Positions 13,250 to 27,400 of a DNA stretch of 64,000 nt are shown piece after piece. This DNA is from Vicugna vicugna (Eukaryota), in contig MU058636.1 of the NCBI GenBank assembly GCA_013265495.1, positions 7,022,295 to 7,086,294 on the forward strand. Reading direction: 5' to 3'. Position 1 is the first letter of the stretch. Every line of letters starts with the position of its first letter. Made by a program: the position numbers and the translations under genes. The notes under the pieces are model-generated. The model saw only the letters and a program-made list of their open reading frames with translations, was not told where the DNA came from and did not search any database.

Positions 13250-13400
13250 TTAATTGAAAAACCAATCATTGTTGAGAAATTACAGAGAATGTGAGATGTG
13301 TCAGAAGACCAGATAAGGGTAAAATATTAGGAAATTTTCTGCTTGGCACCTTCTTGTTCAACATTATTAACAAAGATGTGATGAAGACTTAGGGGAAGAA
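13250..13400 (+). mobile_element. L3/CR1 fragment (upstream part)
   Basis: atcattgttgagaaattacagagaatgtgagatgtgtcagaagaccagataaggg; cttgttcaacattattaac. Confidence 0.55.
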
Positions 13401-13475
13401 CTTAAGGGTGTCTCAAATCCTTTTGGTAACCAAATAGGATCTAAATTTTTAAAAAATAAATTTGTATTCTGAAAA

Positions 13476-14385
13476 GTTAAGATGTATATTGCAGGCCTGG
13501 AGCAACCTCTAAGAAAATAACTAAAATATGAATAGTTTTAAACATCATTAAAGGAATTATAATATTGTAGTAAAGACTATTTAATGCAAATGAAGGTAGT
13601 AAAGGAGGAACAGATGAAGAAAAAAGACCTGCGACATATAGAAAACAAAAAGTAAAATAGCAGAAGTAAATCCAGTTATACCCATCATAACATTTAAATG
13701 TAAACGAATTAAACAATCCTATCAGAAAACAGACTGTCAGGCTGATTTTTTTAAAGCAACAAGATCCAACTATGTACTGTCTGCATACAATTATATGTTG
13801 TCAATTATATGCCTTGTCCCAGTTTAGACTCAAAGATACAGATAGGTTGAAAATAAAAAGGTGAAAAAAGACATACCATAGAAGAGTTACAGTGGCTATA
13901 CTATACCAAAATAAAAAAAATCTTAAACTAAAACAAAAAAAAACCAGAAAAACAAAAAAAAACTTACTAGGGATAAAGAGAGACATTTTATAATGATAAA
14001 AAAGTTAATGTTTTAAGAAGATATAACAATTCTAAATGTCTGTGTGCCTAACACAAAGCCCAAAATACATGAAGCAAAACCTAACAGCTTTGAAAGGAGA
14101 AACAGACCAATAATGGAAACTCCAATATTCTACTTTCAATAATGAATCAACTAACTAGACAGTAAATTAACCCACATACAGGTTTGAACAGCACTATAGA
14201 CGAGACCTAATGGATATCTACAGAACACTCCACCCAACAGCTGAATTCTTCTCTAGTGCACATGTAACATTCTCCAAGCTAAACCATATGCTAGGTCATA
14301 AGAAAAGAGTCACTAAATTTAAAAGGATTTAAATAACACAAAGAGTTTTCTCTGACACAATGGAATCAAATTAAAAATCAATGTA
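13476..14385 (+). mobile_element. Old L1 (L1M) fragment covering the inter-ORF region and the ORF2 endonuclease region, decayed
   Basis: ccaactatgtactgtctgca; aaagatacagataggttgaaaataaaa; aaaatacatgaagcaaaacctaacag; cagaacactccacccaaca; attcttctctagtgcacatgtaacattctccaag; frameshifted. Confidence 0.88.
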
Positions 14386-14454
14386 CAGGTGACACAAACC
14401 TGAGTTAGTGAATACTTTACATGACATCAAAAGTCATAAATTACATGAAAACCG

Positions 14455-14660
14455 TATCATGTGACTTGAAGGAACTGAGGCTAGTTTAGCCTATGTAATA
14501 AGAGACTAATTTGTATGGTAAAGACAGGTAGGACATAGAAGCTTCCTCTAAAAAGTCTGTCATTTATAATAAGGAGTATATTTATATTTGATCTTCCAGA
14601 GGACACAGGAGAACCAGTGGGTGGAAGTTACAGTGCAGGAAGAATATTCTAATAGTACTT
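14455..14660 (+). mobile_element. L3/CR1 fragment (downstream part)
   Basis: ttgaaggaactgaggctagtttagcct...agaaccagtgggtggaagttacag. Confidence 0.65.
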
Positions 14661-16949
14661 TTCAATAAGACATAGACAGTGTTATACTTTTGTATCTTGT
14701 GTCCCTTAAAATGTGTTTTTAAAAGCTCTATATCATAAAGTTAAGCAATAATTTATTACAGTGCTTTAAAAAGGACTCCATTCTCAGAAAGGTTAAAGCA
14801 TTACATAAGTATGATTCTTGCAAAACGTCTTTTCTCGAAAAGTCAAAGAAAATCCTTAGTAGCAGGCAGCCTCTGCTCCTCCCAAGGTCAGATGTAGAGC
14901 TTAGAACCTGAGTTGTCCCATTTCACATCCTTCTCAAAATAATATGCCCCCCCAAACAAATTTCACAGATTTAAAAATAAATTCTTGTATAATTTCCACA
15001 TGTTTTGGAACTTTTCTTGAACTTTATCAAGCCAGTCCTTAATTACCTAAATTTCTAGAGAGTCTGTATTCCAGTTATTAAGACTGTGAATTATTTAAAT
15101 AAGTTATTCAGGTGTGTTCATGTAAAATCTTCAAAATGCAAATTGTACAGAAAGTAACAATATGAAAGACCAAGATCACCTGCAATAGGTTTCCTCGTAA
15201 GTAGTGAACATGGTTACTCAAAGTTACTCAGTCAGAATTCTGAAGAACCCTCTGCAAGGGGGTCGAGAAGGTGCTCCTTCTGTGTGTGAGTATATGTACG
15301 CATACACACAAACGGACTGAAAAGTGGGGGTCTGTTTTGCCATATTTAACTTCTGTGTTTTTCTTCATTAAAACAATGTATTTTATTACTGAGAAGTAGA
15401 ATTTTCCAAAAGATTTTAATAATAAAAATTGTTTCATTTACTATATTCTCCCAGAATGTAAGTTACACTGTTGAAGTGAGTTGGACATATCCTTTTCTAC
15501 CCTGGGGTTCCTTTAGCATCTTTTGTTCCAGTGACTGCTTGATGTCCTTTGCATGCTGAAGAAATGAGCTTCCAAATTGTTTGGTGTACGTATGAGAGAT
15601 TAACTTACATACCAGGAAGATGAGTATAAATCTGTGGTGTAGCATCTTTAAGTCATTTCTGTTTTCTAAATATGGGTCCATCCATTTAGATAGCATCCTG
15701 AACCTCACAAATGGTATATTGTCTCATTTAATGATGGGCAGTTAGATTTCTCTAAAGAGAAAATCTGAAGTCTTAGATATATCTGGGAGACTTCAGGTTA
15801 TTTATGATATTACCTAATATTATATAAACAATGTATGCTTTTCCATTAATTTTCTACCAAATATTTAAAGAGAAGTGGCTTTTAAAATAAAATTCACTTG
15901 AAATGAATATTTATGTTTATGGCTTACTAAACTTCCTTTTGTAAGATTGGCTCATTTTTTACCTTGCATATGTTGTTTTATATATTTGCACCCTTTCTCC
16001 TGCACACAATTGTTATTTTAGGAACAAAATTATTTAATAATAGCTTTATAACATTGTAGATCTTAGCATATTTTGATTTGTACAAAAGCTCTATTCTTTG
16101 AGGGTCATATACATAAGATTTCATGAAGGAAACACGTTGGAGATGCTAAGCAGACATTTCCCCTGGTCATTAAGAATTACTTGCTTGTATGGATATTTAT
16201 TGTTTATGTAGAAGTTAGATACTTAACTTGTAACACCCAGGCCTGCCTGGTTTGAAAACTTTTCATTACTAATCTTGTCTTTTATGTGTCCAGTAAAAAT
16301 TACCAAAATATCTTCCATGAGGTATGGCAAATAATCGCTAGTTACCCTTCAGTCTGTTCCTCCCCCAGGCAGGTTGGTTCCTATCTAGCACCTAGAGTAA
16401 AGGGGCCAAAGCAGGAGTCTTTGGTGCTGATGCGGTGAAATAAGCTACAGTGACACATCACTGCTGTACACGGGAAGACATCACGGTTCGTTTATTTCAG
16501 ATATGGTGGTAGCAATGTTAGATAATGAAATACTTTTCTTAAAGCACTAGGAGAGCAGAGATTACACTTAGCATTTTTAAGAAACATCCTTCAAGATAAT
16601 TTGAAGAAAAGAAGTTCAAAAACAAAGTGCTCCGATCTCTTTAATAAATTGTACTTTCTCCTTGACTATTTAACTTATGCAAATACACCCTGAGAATATT
16701 TTTGCTTCAAATCTGAATCTCCACAAGGATATTTATATTTAAAATACTAAAAAATATATTAGCTACATTAAATGTTTACTTCCTGTTATAGTTGAATTTA
16801 ATACTTGTCTTCACTCATGGAAACACAGCATGCCAAATGCTCCTCTAATTTTTTTCCTCTAATACCTTATGGTCAGCCACACCTGGTACAAAGGACATAT
16901 AGACATACACCTTTCTGATATTATTAATGAGTTGTTCATGACCTTTCAG

Positions 16950-19150
16950 TTGAGATTTGTGTGTTGTTTCGTTGTGTAAAGAGAGAATTTTGTGGAATTT
17001 ATGTGACCACACCAGGCGCTTTAAGAGTAGGTATGATTCCTGGTTTGGATCTGTAACCCGAGTGAATCATAATCACTTGTAGGAAAAAAAAGTCTTGCCA
17101 TAAGCAAGCAGTTTTGTTTTAGTTTGTTTTTTTTTTTCCCCAAATGAGAGAAAATTGATGTAATGCCCTTTACACTGCTTTTTACAGAAAAGCATAAGAT
17201 CTGTTTACCTGGTTGAAATTCAAATTGTTTTATTATGGTGTCAGTTCTTGGGTTTTGGCAGCACTTCTAAAGTGTCTATTCACAAAAAGACGACCACAAT
17301 GAATGAATGCTAGTGTTGACACCACCTAACAAGCAGGGATTATGTGTTTACAGAAGAAGTAATATGATAGGTCAAGTATACGAGGCTCTTCTCACGGGCA
17401 CTTCAGCACATAATGAGCGACTGACGAGAGAGCTCCGAGCTGCCACTCTTTGGCTTCAGTCCGTGGTGATGCCTGCCTCTCTCCGCCAGAGCTCTCTTGA
17501 TCATGTTCAGCTGCTCTGTTCTCATGTGGGGAATAATAGTAGAGTAAAGCTGCTTTTCTGTCTCATTTTTCTTGCTAATTTACACATTCAAGCCATTTTT
17601 TGTTTGCTACCCTTATTTGCTATTCCCTTTTGTCAAGGCACTGTTCTCTTTTTCGCCTCAGGCCTAAGAACTAATTTGAGCTTCTATAATTACTTCATGT
17701 TTTACACCTGTCTGCATATCAGGCACCCCCTTGTCTCTGTCCTGAAGCTGTATATTTCCTTGCAGAAAAGCTAGTTTTCGTACACAAGGAATCCTAAGTT
17801 TCTCCACTCCATCTTCCTGCAGAAGAAACACAATTAAACTGTTGAGATATCCTCAGCAATGCGGCTGACCTCGGGGGTTCACGGGGGACAAACGAACGCT
17901 GTCTGCTCAGACAGTTTGTGTTAAGACATTGTGGAGCAGAGAGCCTGAGCTTTCTTCCTCATGAATGAAGCCATGGTTGTAGTCATTTTAAAATCATTAA
18001 GGCTCTGAATGCACAGTATCATTCGACAGTGTTTGCTCTACAGCTGCTCCTCTGCTGTAATAGCAGCTTATTAAATTTGGGTCAAGCGGACTCTGAAGAG
18101 CATCACAATGAAGAAACTGTTCTAAAAGTTACCTGTTTCAAAAAAGCAATTGATTAGATTTTTAACTTAAGTGACAGCTGCAGTTCATTGCCCATTCTTT
18201 GCCAAGTCCTGCAGCCAGAGCAACCTTTTGTCATTTGGGCTTCATTTTGTAAGCGCTTTCCTGAATAATCCAGGGTTGCTTTCCACTCAGAGCCTGCTTC
18301 AATCCAATTAGGAGTTGAACAAGGGTCAAATTAAGGAGACTTTACACTTCATGTTTGCATCATTAGCCGTAAGACTGTTATGTGAGTGCAAGACTGTGTG
18401 TCAGGGAAGAGGGGGAAAACTGCACGCGGCTGGGACAGGTGCAAAGCCGTCACCCACCCGGGGCTGCGCCGCCCACTGATGGAGGCTCAGCGGGCCAGCA
18501 GCGACGTTTCCAGTTGTCTTTGGGGTTGTTGCCTTGTCACGCCTGCTGGTGTTTAGTTGTTTGGAGGTTACAGGTGCTCGCTGGGGCGGAGGGGGAAGAC
18601 TGTGTATTCGCCTACTCTTTTCTCTTCGGGCAGCCTATTGTGCTTGGACCAATGGCTGGGAAGACAGGAAGCTGAAACCTCTTGAGCGCATTCATTATTT
18701 TTGATGAGATGACAACTGTCTAGGTTCATGTTCTCACTCCTTGGAGCTGTTTCCTGCTTCTTCTCTCTCTTTTTTTTTTTGAAAACATAATTGTTCATTC
18801 TGTAAAATATTATCAGAGAGAGTGGAAGCTCATTTCGTAGGGGAGTGGCTTGTTAGAGGCCCTGCAAAGATCAGCTCCCTGCTGTTCAAGAAAATAAAGA
18901 GCCTGTGAGAGTCTTCTCAGAATTGCGATGCTTAGAGTGACTTTTTGTCTCGGTTTGTCCATACCATCGAGTTACATTTATATTTGTTAATGTGCTCTAA
19001 CTATATTACGTCACTGTAAAGAAAATGACCCATTTCTAAAAAGAAAAGGCCACGGATCCCCGCTAGTCAGCGCCTGCTTGCGTGGGACGTTGCTAGAGAA
19101 TGTTGCTCTGCTCTCCAGCCAAGCTTTGTGCTGCTACACAAAAAGTGAAG
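16950..19150. promoter_or_regulatory. Putative conserved enhancer block with a small CpG-rich core (18420-18660)
   Basis: No recognisable repeat from ~14700 to ~20080. About 14 CpG in 18421-18630, GC box GGGGCGGAGG 18583-18592, CCAAT 18649-18653, TGACAGCTG 18172-18180. Confidence 0.5.
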
Positions 19151-20079
19151 ATTTATCTAAAAATAACACTTTCATTGTTCCTTTCTTACCTCTTCAACCC
19201 ATTAATAGGTACTTTAGTATCATGAGAGTTTTCATAGTTTAATCCCCTTTCAAAAGCTTTTCAGAATAAAAGCTCTAAATGGTCCTCAGTATTAATTTGA
19301 TGTGACTTCTGTACAATATGGTTTAAAACTCTCAGAAGCACATTTTTACTGCTTACCCTTTTTCACTGGAGCAATGTGCAGAAAATTCCAGTTAAACGTT
19401 TAGTAGAGTGTCTAATGTGAACCATTTTGCTGCTTTCTAATAATACAGTTTTCTAATTTTAAAAAATTTTTGTCAGGGAGATGTAATTCTTCATCCTCAA
19501 GAACATTGTTTTGGGTTCTCCATTAATTTTTCAATTATAAGTGTATTCTTAATGTTGATAATTTTCAAAGCTGTATTTTTATCTCTGATTTGCTAAAAAT
19601 TAAGAGCCAGCCTGGTAAATAGCAATCAGGCTAGATTATATGCAGTTGGTTACATCTTTGTTTATGTTTGGACCACAAGGGCCTCAAAACACAGAGCTTC
19701 CAGCACTAGCAACCCACTCTACCCTTTCTGTGTGTTTTGTAGCTTTTGAATGCACGTCTTTCTTAAAACGTAGTAGATGGTGAATGTAATTCTTGCTGTC
19801 TACAAATCATTTACTACGGGACCCATGCTTTCCCTACCAAGTTCCATTTCCTCGATTTCTCGTACATCTACAGAGCCTCCAATATAAGGAAAAAGAAAAA
19901 AGGAAAAAAAAAACCTATCGATTCTTTTAAACTCCAGATTCCTTCACTGAATTTTAATGTTCACATTTTCCAAAGGGCAGTGTGTGTTCATGCTCACGTA
20001 TATCAGTATATACATGTAAATATCTTCCCGCAGGAAAAATGTGTTTATAAAAACATGTTTATGTATTTATTTTAAAAAA

Positions 20080-20320
20080 TATTTCAAATCCCCTGCTAAT
20101 GCAGAGACTGTGCTGGTGAACAGTAGAGAGAGCTAAAACAATACCTCCCTGCCCTTTGAAGTTTTCCTGCAGTGGGGAGAAAGGAAGAAATCAAATAAGC
20201 ACCCAAATACATGTAAATTTATGATCAGTGAATGTACTCTTGTTGGGGAATGCGATCTGGTCAGCAAGTTCAGGGAGGATTTTCCTGAGAAAGTGACTTT
20301 GAATTGACTTGTTGAAGACA
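20080..20320 (-). mobile_element. L2 fragment
   Basis: ctccctgccctttgaagttttcctgcagtgggga...cagggaggattttcctgagaaagtgactttgaattgac. Confidence 0.7.
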
Positions 20321-20704
20321 CATTGCTATGAAAAAAAAAAAAATTTGTACTTACTTATTTTTATTCCAAAGAATTAAACATATTTGCACATATACTTCTG
20401 ATTCAAAATTTACAACCATAATGAAAGTTTCTACTGATAATACATTAAGTGATAGAACATGTAGAAAAAAGTCATCTGGAAAGAGTTATAAATAATTTTA
20501 ATATCAAAGGAAAACTTTAGGCTAGTTTTAGGCTATGTTCATGGCTGGGAAACAAGCAAGTGAAGTGACTTCTCTAGAACTCTATCTTTTGTTGGTTACA
20601 TTTCTCCGATTTTTTTTGTTTGTTTCTTCTCCCCACAAGGTGTATTACATGATTTATCTGCTTACCATGTAGGAACAGACTGGAAATCTCCAGTGTGGAA
20701 CCAG

Positions 20705-20890
20705 CGGCTCTCTGGAGCTAGCTCCTACAGGCTATGAGAGTCACATGTGCTTATTTCTTCTCAGCTACATAACCAGTGACCACGCCTCGGGAGCCTGAAA
20801 TCCACCACTGTGTGAGGATTTATACAACAGGAGAGGCAGGCCCTGCAGATAAGCCTGGCCACCCCAGCTGCTTTATCAGCATACTCTTGG
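20705..20890. mobile_element. MER63-like hAT DNA transposon remnant
   Basis: ctggagctagctcctacaggctatgagag...gagcctgaaatccaccactgtgtgaggatttatacaacag resembles recalled MER63A. Confidence 0.6.
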
Positions 20891-21379
20891 TTATATCTGA
20901 TCCAGTTCTTGGGGTCTGGGCCTACAGATAGATTTGGGAAGAGTCCATAGATTCTTAAAATTTCCCTCTATTCCTCTATAGGAACTGGGAGTGGAAATTA
21001 GAAAACATGAAGTCAAGTTTTAGGTTATTTTTCTAATTATTTAAAGTTTTATGAGCATATAAAACTTACAGTTAACAAAATTCAGTTTCTTAGTGTATAA
21101 AAATTCAGCTAGTGATATCAGTTACCTTTTAACATAACAATGAGTAACAACTCTTACCCATGGATTCAGTGATGCTTCCCTTTTTTAAATAATTCTCTTT
21201 TGCATGTAAATCTTTACTAGTTTCCAGTGTAATAGTAGACAATATAAATTTAAAGGTATATTGTTAGCCTTTGGACTGATGACTTTTATCAAACTTTATC
21301 TTTTCTCTATAATAAATCAAATTTTTATTTTGCTTTCAAAGCTAATGCATTTATTGCTTTTACTGTACATGATATTTGC

Positions 21380-21960
21380 AAAATGTTAAAATGTAGGTAA
21401 TTTAGAATACTATTAAGAGTAAAATTAAAACTACCCATAATCCAACAACCCAGAGATAAAAATTAACATTTATAACACCATACTTTTTCAGCGTATGTAT
21501 CCACCTATAGGTAGACGTATTTTTACAGATGCTAGTATGCAAATAATTTTGTAACTTGTTTCACGCAACAATGTAATATGGACATATTTCATTAAGTATA
21601 AATCTTCATCATTCTTTTTAGCAGGTACCTAATTAATATTCATTGCATAAATATAATATAATAACCAATCACCTATAAATAGACATTTTTCTCTACTTTA
21701 AACAATGAATAGTTTCATTGTTCATACAAAAATAATTTTGTAAATACCCCTTTGTACACTTGCTCACTGATTTCTTTAGCATAAGCTCTTAGAAGTAGAG
21801 TTGCTGGTATTGAGAGTTTATCTTGTTTTTGTTTTTGAAGCTTTCATGTGTACTGCTTTCAAAACTTTGTTCCAGAAAGGTTATGCACATGTATAAAGTA
21901 GCATTACAACTATACATGTCATTGCTCCCTTGTCAATCTCAGATGTTATCATTCTTACTA
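21380..21960 (-). mobile_element. Ancient L1 (L1ME-type) 3' region
   Basis: cccataatccaacaacccagagataa...gatttctttagcataagctcttagaagtagagttgctgg. Confidence 0.7.
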
Positions 21961-22599
21961 ATTTTTGTTAACTGATTTGTTGTCAGATGGCTTTAATGAT
22001 ATACTTTAAAATCTTTAAAATTTCTCCTTACTGTATAGATTTAACCTTGAAATTGTCCAGTGAAGTGTTGACACATTGTCCAATTATAGTTACTCCCTCA
22101 GAGAAAGAAACAAGAACCAATTTAAAATGTGAACATTTGAAGTAAAGAAATGAGACTACTTTCAGTTAAAGAGCAGGGAAGATGTATATTATAACTATAT
22201 TATGTAGGAAGAAGACAACAAATAAGAATATTCAATTGGATATTGGGATATGTCACATTCTTTATATACAGTCCTGAATGAGTATTCATTTTAAAGGAAC
22301 TATTTTAGATTACAAAATCAGAATGTGGACCATCTCAGCTATAGAATGTTGCCAGCTAATTGAAGTTAAAAACTCAAATTTCTCAAATGATAGAACCATT
22401 GCGATGGAGCTGGAAAGGACTTTGTAAGTCATCTGGCCTAATTTCACCTTGCAGGACTCTATTTCTTACTATCCCCCCAGCCATTTTGAATATGTATAGC
22501 AATAAGGATCTCCCGTTAGTTTTCCCTCTTCTAGCTGCTTATACACTTTCCCCCCTTACAGTGCTGTCTCCAGCGGCTTCTTCCTTTCTCTCTTAAATC

Positions 22600-23330
22600 C
22601 CCTCAACCTAGGCTTTTGCTTTCACCACTTCACTGAAAATGCTTTTTTCAAGGTCACCAGTGACCTCAATTTTGCTGAATCTGGAGGCCAGCCTCAGCTC
22701 AGTTCAACATAATTTCTCACGTCCTCATCCTTGACTCACTTTCTTACTTTGGCTTCTAGAACACCCTACTCTGATTCTCCTCTTTCCTCACTCATCTCTC
22801 CTTTTCAATCACCTTTGCTGAGTCTTCTTTTTTTTCCTCAACCGTCCTACCTTGGAGAACCCCAATAGTTCGTTCTTGGACTTCTCCTTTTTTACAGTCA
22901 CTCCCGTGGTAATCTCATTCAGTCACCTGGCTTTAAATATCATCATGTGCTGAAAGATCCACGATGTGTATCTGTAGCATAGATCTCTGTGTTGAACTCC
23001 AGACTCTTATATTCAACTGGCTACTAGGTATTTCTAATTGGGTGTCTAGTAGATAAATGAAACATACCTTATCCAATTCTGAACTCCTGTTTTTCTTTCC
23101 TTCTGCCCCTGATCCAAAATAAATATTCTACCCCATGGTCTTTTTATCTAAGTTTCTTATAACCTCATCGATCCAATTGTTCAAGCCAAAACCTTGGAGT
23201 TATCCTTGACTCTTCTCTCTCTCTCTCTCATACCTCACATACATAGCCTCTTAGCAAATCATTATCTCTACCTCACAATATATCCATAACTTGACCTCTT
23301 CTCACCACCTCCGCAACTATCACATGGGCT
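22600..23330 (+). mobile_element. L2 LINE fragment
   Basis: cactgaaaatgcttttttcaaggtcaccagtgacctc...tgaactccagactcttatattcaactggctact...tcaagccaaaaccttggagttatccttgactc. Confidence 0.88.
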
Positions 23331-23569
23331 AGCCTCTTCTGGGTATTCTTTCATGTTAAATGGAATTCTTACCGTGTAATGTTCAGAGATGGCCTGATTG
23401 AACTTATTACAGTGATATCCCTTTTCCATCGTAACAATTTATCCTAGGTTTGCAAGGACCATTTTAGTATATATATCACAATGTTGAATATAGTCAACCA
23501 AAACTCCCTGATGTTTTGTACTATTAATTGCCGATAGATCGGTATCCCCACTAAAGTAATTATAGTGAC

Positions 23570-23770
23570 TCTAGATTGTTGAGCACCTACTTACTCAACT
23601 TCATCACCACAATCTCTTAGAGATCAACATTATTATTCAAACTGGTAGATGAGGAAATAGACGTTCAGAAAAGTTAAGCAATTTGCTCAAAATTACAGAC
23701 CTAAAAATAAGTAGAACTGGCAATAGAATTCAGATCTGTCTGACTTCAGTGCTCATCCTTGGACCACCAC
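23570..23770 (-). mobile_element. MIR SINE
   Basis: agatgaggaaatagacgttcagaaaagttaagcaatttgctcaaaattacagac...agatctgtctgacttcag. Confidence 0.8.
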
Positions 23771-26199
23771 ATAGGGAGAGGCCTGGAGATCAGCAGGACC
23801 ATGATACATTCAAGGATTTGAAAGAAGCTGTATATTGGGAGGGTATGAGGGATAGGAGGCTGGCAAGAATCAGACTAGAAAGGGCAGTGCCAAATTTTGT
23901 GGGAGATTATAGACCATACTGAGAAGTTTATACTTTATTGTCAAGCATTGGGAAGAAGAAGCTGTTAAAATATTTTAAGCAGATTTACTTTTCCAAATAA
24001 TAGTTACTCTGACTTTACTATGAGAATGAATTGAAAGATAACAGTACCAAAAGAGTTTTGGGCAGCCTAATCTGAAATAGTGGCATTGAATAGGAGTTGC
24101 CTAAAGGATTGTGTTTGTAAATAGTTACTCTCATAGGGTGACTAAAAGGCAATAATATTTGAAATTGCACCATCTGTGGATACCTTGGTGAAAATTATCT
24201 TAATGCCCAGCATAGATATTTTGATACTTTTATCTGTCTCTAGTTTGATATTCATTAGTTTTTTTAAAACAAAGAATTTTATGACTATTAGCTATGGAGT
24301 GAAAATTTGAAGATGAGATTTTTCTATCAGTCTGTGCATTAGAGGGGACTCAAAACTTATTTTCCCAAAACTATCTTAGCTCTGTTCCTGGTTACCCATA
24401 GCAGAAATGAGATGGTCTTCTATTTAGGCAGGCATTAAAAAACTTAGATTTCCAAAAGAGCCAAATTCACCCCTGTCTTGAACTGTTGCTGAAAGCATAT
24501 GGTTTCGCCTTCAGTTTCTAACACAACTACAGGGACATGACAGAAAGCAAAATCTTCACACACCACTCAATATCAATTAAAAATTTGGCTGGGTGAAACT
24601 GTATTTATAGAAGATTGCCTGAATGTTAAGGAGTCCACTCATTCCTAAATATTCTGTACTCCTGGATGAAACCTGATTAGTAGAAACTGTGAACCTGAAC
24701 CGTCATGTTGACCTCTTTTCTGGTTAAACTCTTGGATTGCATGAAATAGACTTTATTCAAGTTACCTCAAGAAATAGGGACTTTATTGTAAAGAAAATGT
24801 ATTTATGGTCTGGAATATTAAAAGTAAAGAACTCAGTCAACTCTAGGGACTGCTCTGTTGTCCCTCTTTCATAAACCACTTGGTCTGCTAATTTCTAGAC
24901 TTCTTTTCTTCTCCCTCGACACATAAGCTTCCTGGACTTGTTCATAACTTTGCTCCACTTGAATTTGCAGCTTGCGCATACCTCATTTTGGCTCCGCTGG
25001 CCTTTCACTACGTCATGACATTTTGGCTTCAGTTCCTACTGCCAGTTATATAGTTCCTTCTGCGTTTACTATTTCCGGTTCTCTACAGACATCTAATTCA
25101 CTGAGCTCATATTTTTTGAGCCAGGCCAAACCGCAGATTATTGGCAAACCTATGGATCTTCCTGGAGGAGGCGCATCCTGGTCCTCGTAAGTCAGCCCCT
25201 TGCACGGAAACACTGATGAGCCCTTTTCTCTCAGAAGGCAAAGGTGGCTCTCACACGACCTCTCTGTGGGAGTCATTTTTTTGAGTTGTGCTTTGGGAAA
25301 TACTAGAAGCCTCAAATTCAGTGTGAGGATATTGTGGAAACTCTGCTAAGCACTATGCAGCGCCCTTTTTGTGAAAAGCCTTGGCGTTAATTTATTTCTA
25401 GCTTTAGGATTAGAAATAATTGTGTAATTATTCCTGAACTGCTTGTTTTTGTCTTACTAACTTTATGGTGAATTTATTACTTCTTTTTTTTCCACATTGA
25501 CTGTTGAGAGTTTACAAATCTGTGGCCCAAACAGTGGAAGGTTAAATGACTCTGTTGTGCTTTTTCATTTTTATTATTAACCTTACATCTAGATCCATTT
25601 TCCATTTTTGACCTTCTCTTTTCATGTATTTCTAATTCAAATAATGTTTTATACATTTCTGTAAATCACTTTACATCTTTTCAGAAGCAAAGTTTATATA
25701 TATAAATGTTAACACACTCAAGGGCTTGTTAAAGTTCCTACCTAGTTTTTAGTTAAATGTGACCTAATTTTAAAGAAATGGACAAATAATTTGAAAATGT
25801 TAATATCTTCCATGTTTCTGTATTTATGTAATTTTTAAACCAGCCACTTTTTTAAAACATAAAAATCCCTTTGGAATGGAAATATCTTTCAAATAAAGTT
25901 TCAGATAGAAAAGATTTTATTATACATTCATCTTTTTTTTTAATTCATCATAATTATTTGTAACATACTGTTGTCATGGAGAAGGTAGCAGTGTAATAAA
26001 ATTAATATACATTTTAAATTGTTTCCCCATAAACCCTATTTCAGAATAGTAGCTTCTACCCCTCCAACGATAACATACTCCTAAAATTATTTCTTTTTCT
26101 CCTAGACTTTACTTCTCGGCTACTCCTTTTTTAAAAAAAGACAACTGACATCAAATTTATATAAAAGAAGCCCTTGAGGTGGAAAGTTAGGGAAGGCTG

Positions 26200-27400
26200 C
26201 CTGAGTTTACAGCAGACGAAATGTCGCTTTACATTCTGCTGCTCCACCGTTTGATATACTCATTTGCTGATGTGAAATGACGAGGGCTTACAAAACAGGG
26301 TTTGTTTTTTAGCTGCCTGTAGACCTAGTGGGGCCTAACAGAACCCAGTCAGCAGGTCATTAACTCTGGAGAAAACAGCTTGCATTAATATGCTCTAATC
26401 CGGTATAATTAGTCAAATTACTGCACGCCGACCAGCTTGTCATGTGTTGTCAGACTTGGCACGCACACTGGACTGCCTGGGTCCCTCTGGAATGCCACCC
26501 TCAATCAGGGAAAGTTGCTCATTTGTAGTGGTCTTGAACTCTTGATAGAAAAGCTACCTAAAACAGCAGTCGTGGAGGAACTTTTACCAATTCTTTAGGT
26601 TAAAATATTTTTTCATCAAAAATAATTTCGTGTGAGTGCTTGAAATGGAATCTTTTCATTCCTGCTATTTTCTGTAGCATGTCTATATAATATTCCAAGT
26701 GAAATTAACATGAGTCTGAAGAACAGATTTAAAATAAATATTTACCCATTGATCAGCCATCCTTCCGCTATATGGGAGTGTGAGTTCATATGTGTTTGTG
26801 TATGGGGGGGTCTTTTTCCAGTAGGGTAAGAGGTTATTAAACTCTAAAAGGGCCGTATTAGCATAAATTTACAAGGGCTGTTGTTCTGGCAGCAGGATAA
26901 AAACCTGTGTTACCTTTGCATTAACACTGAATTGCTTGTTGTGCTTTTGGCAATGACAGATAAGTCACTGTAATTCCCCATTGCAACGGAAATGATGCTC
27001 CAGATTCCAAGCGCATCCTGAAGATGTCACTGACAATAATCTTCAAAGAACGGCCAGTGAAAGTGGGCTGTATGTTTGTAGGATGATATACTGCAAATGA
27101 CAGGAAGAATTATGTGAGTGAAGACGAATCTGTAACATATTATTAAGCAATTTCACGAGAATAACAGGGATAAAAGGATAATGGATGAGGGTGTCATTAT
27201 TACCTTCATGTAGAGGGAAAGCAAAAGCAAAGGTAGAGAGACAAGATTAATTGAGGAAGGGTGAAGCATTCATTGCTCATCAGCTCTTTTGTACTCTCTG
27301 CTCCTGAAATTCCAGACTGAGGGGAAAAAAAGGTGCTCAGAGCTGCATTTTAATGTAGCTGGCAAGGAGTAGAAAACTGACAAGGCACTTTTTAGTCACC
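26200..27400. promoter_or_regulatory. Putative conserved enhancer block
   Basis: Repeat-free; dense ATTA/TAAT cores (cattaatatgctctaatccggtataattagtcaaatta) and multiple TGACA/TGTCA motifs. Confidence 0.45.

Noticed and set aside
17307..17774. Longest ORF in the track (155 aa)
   Set aside because: No recognisable domain; the Leu/Phe-rich translation reflects T-rich non-coding DNA; it is not MAB21L1.
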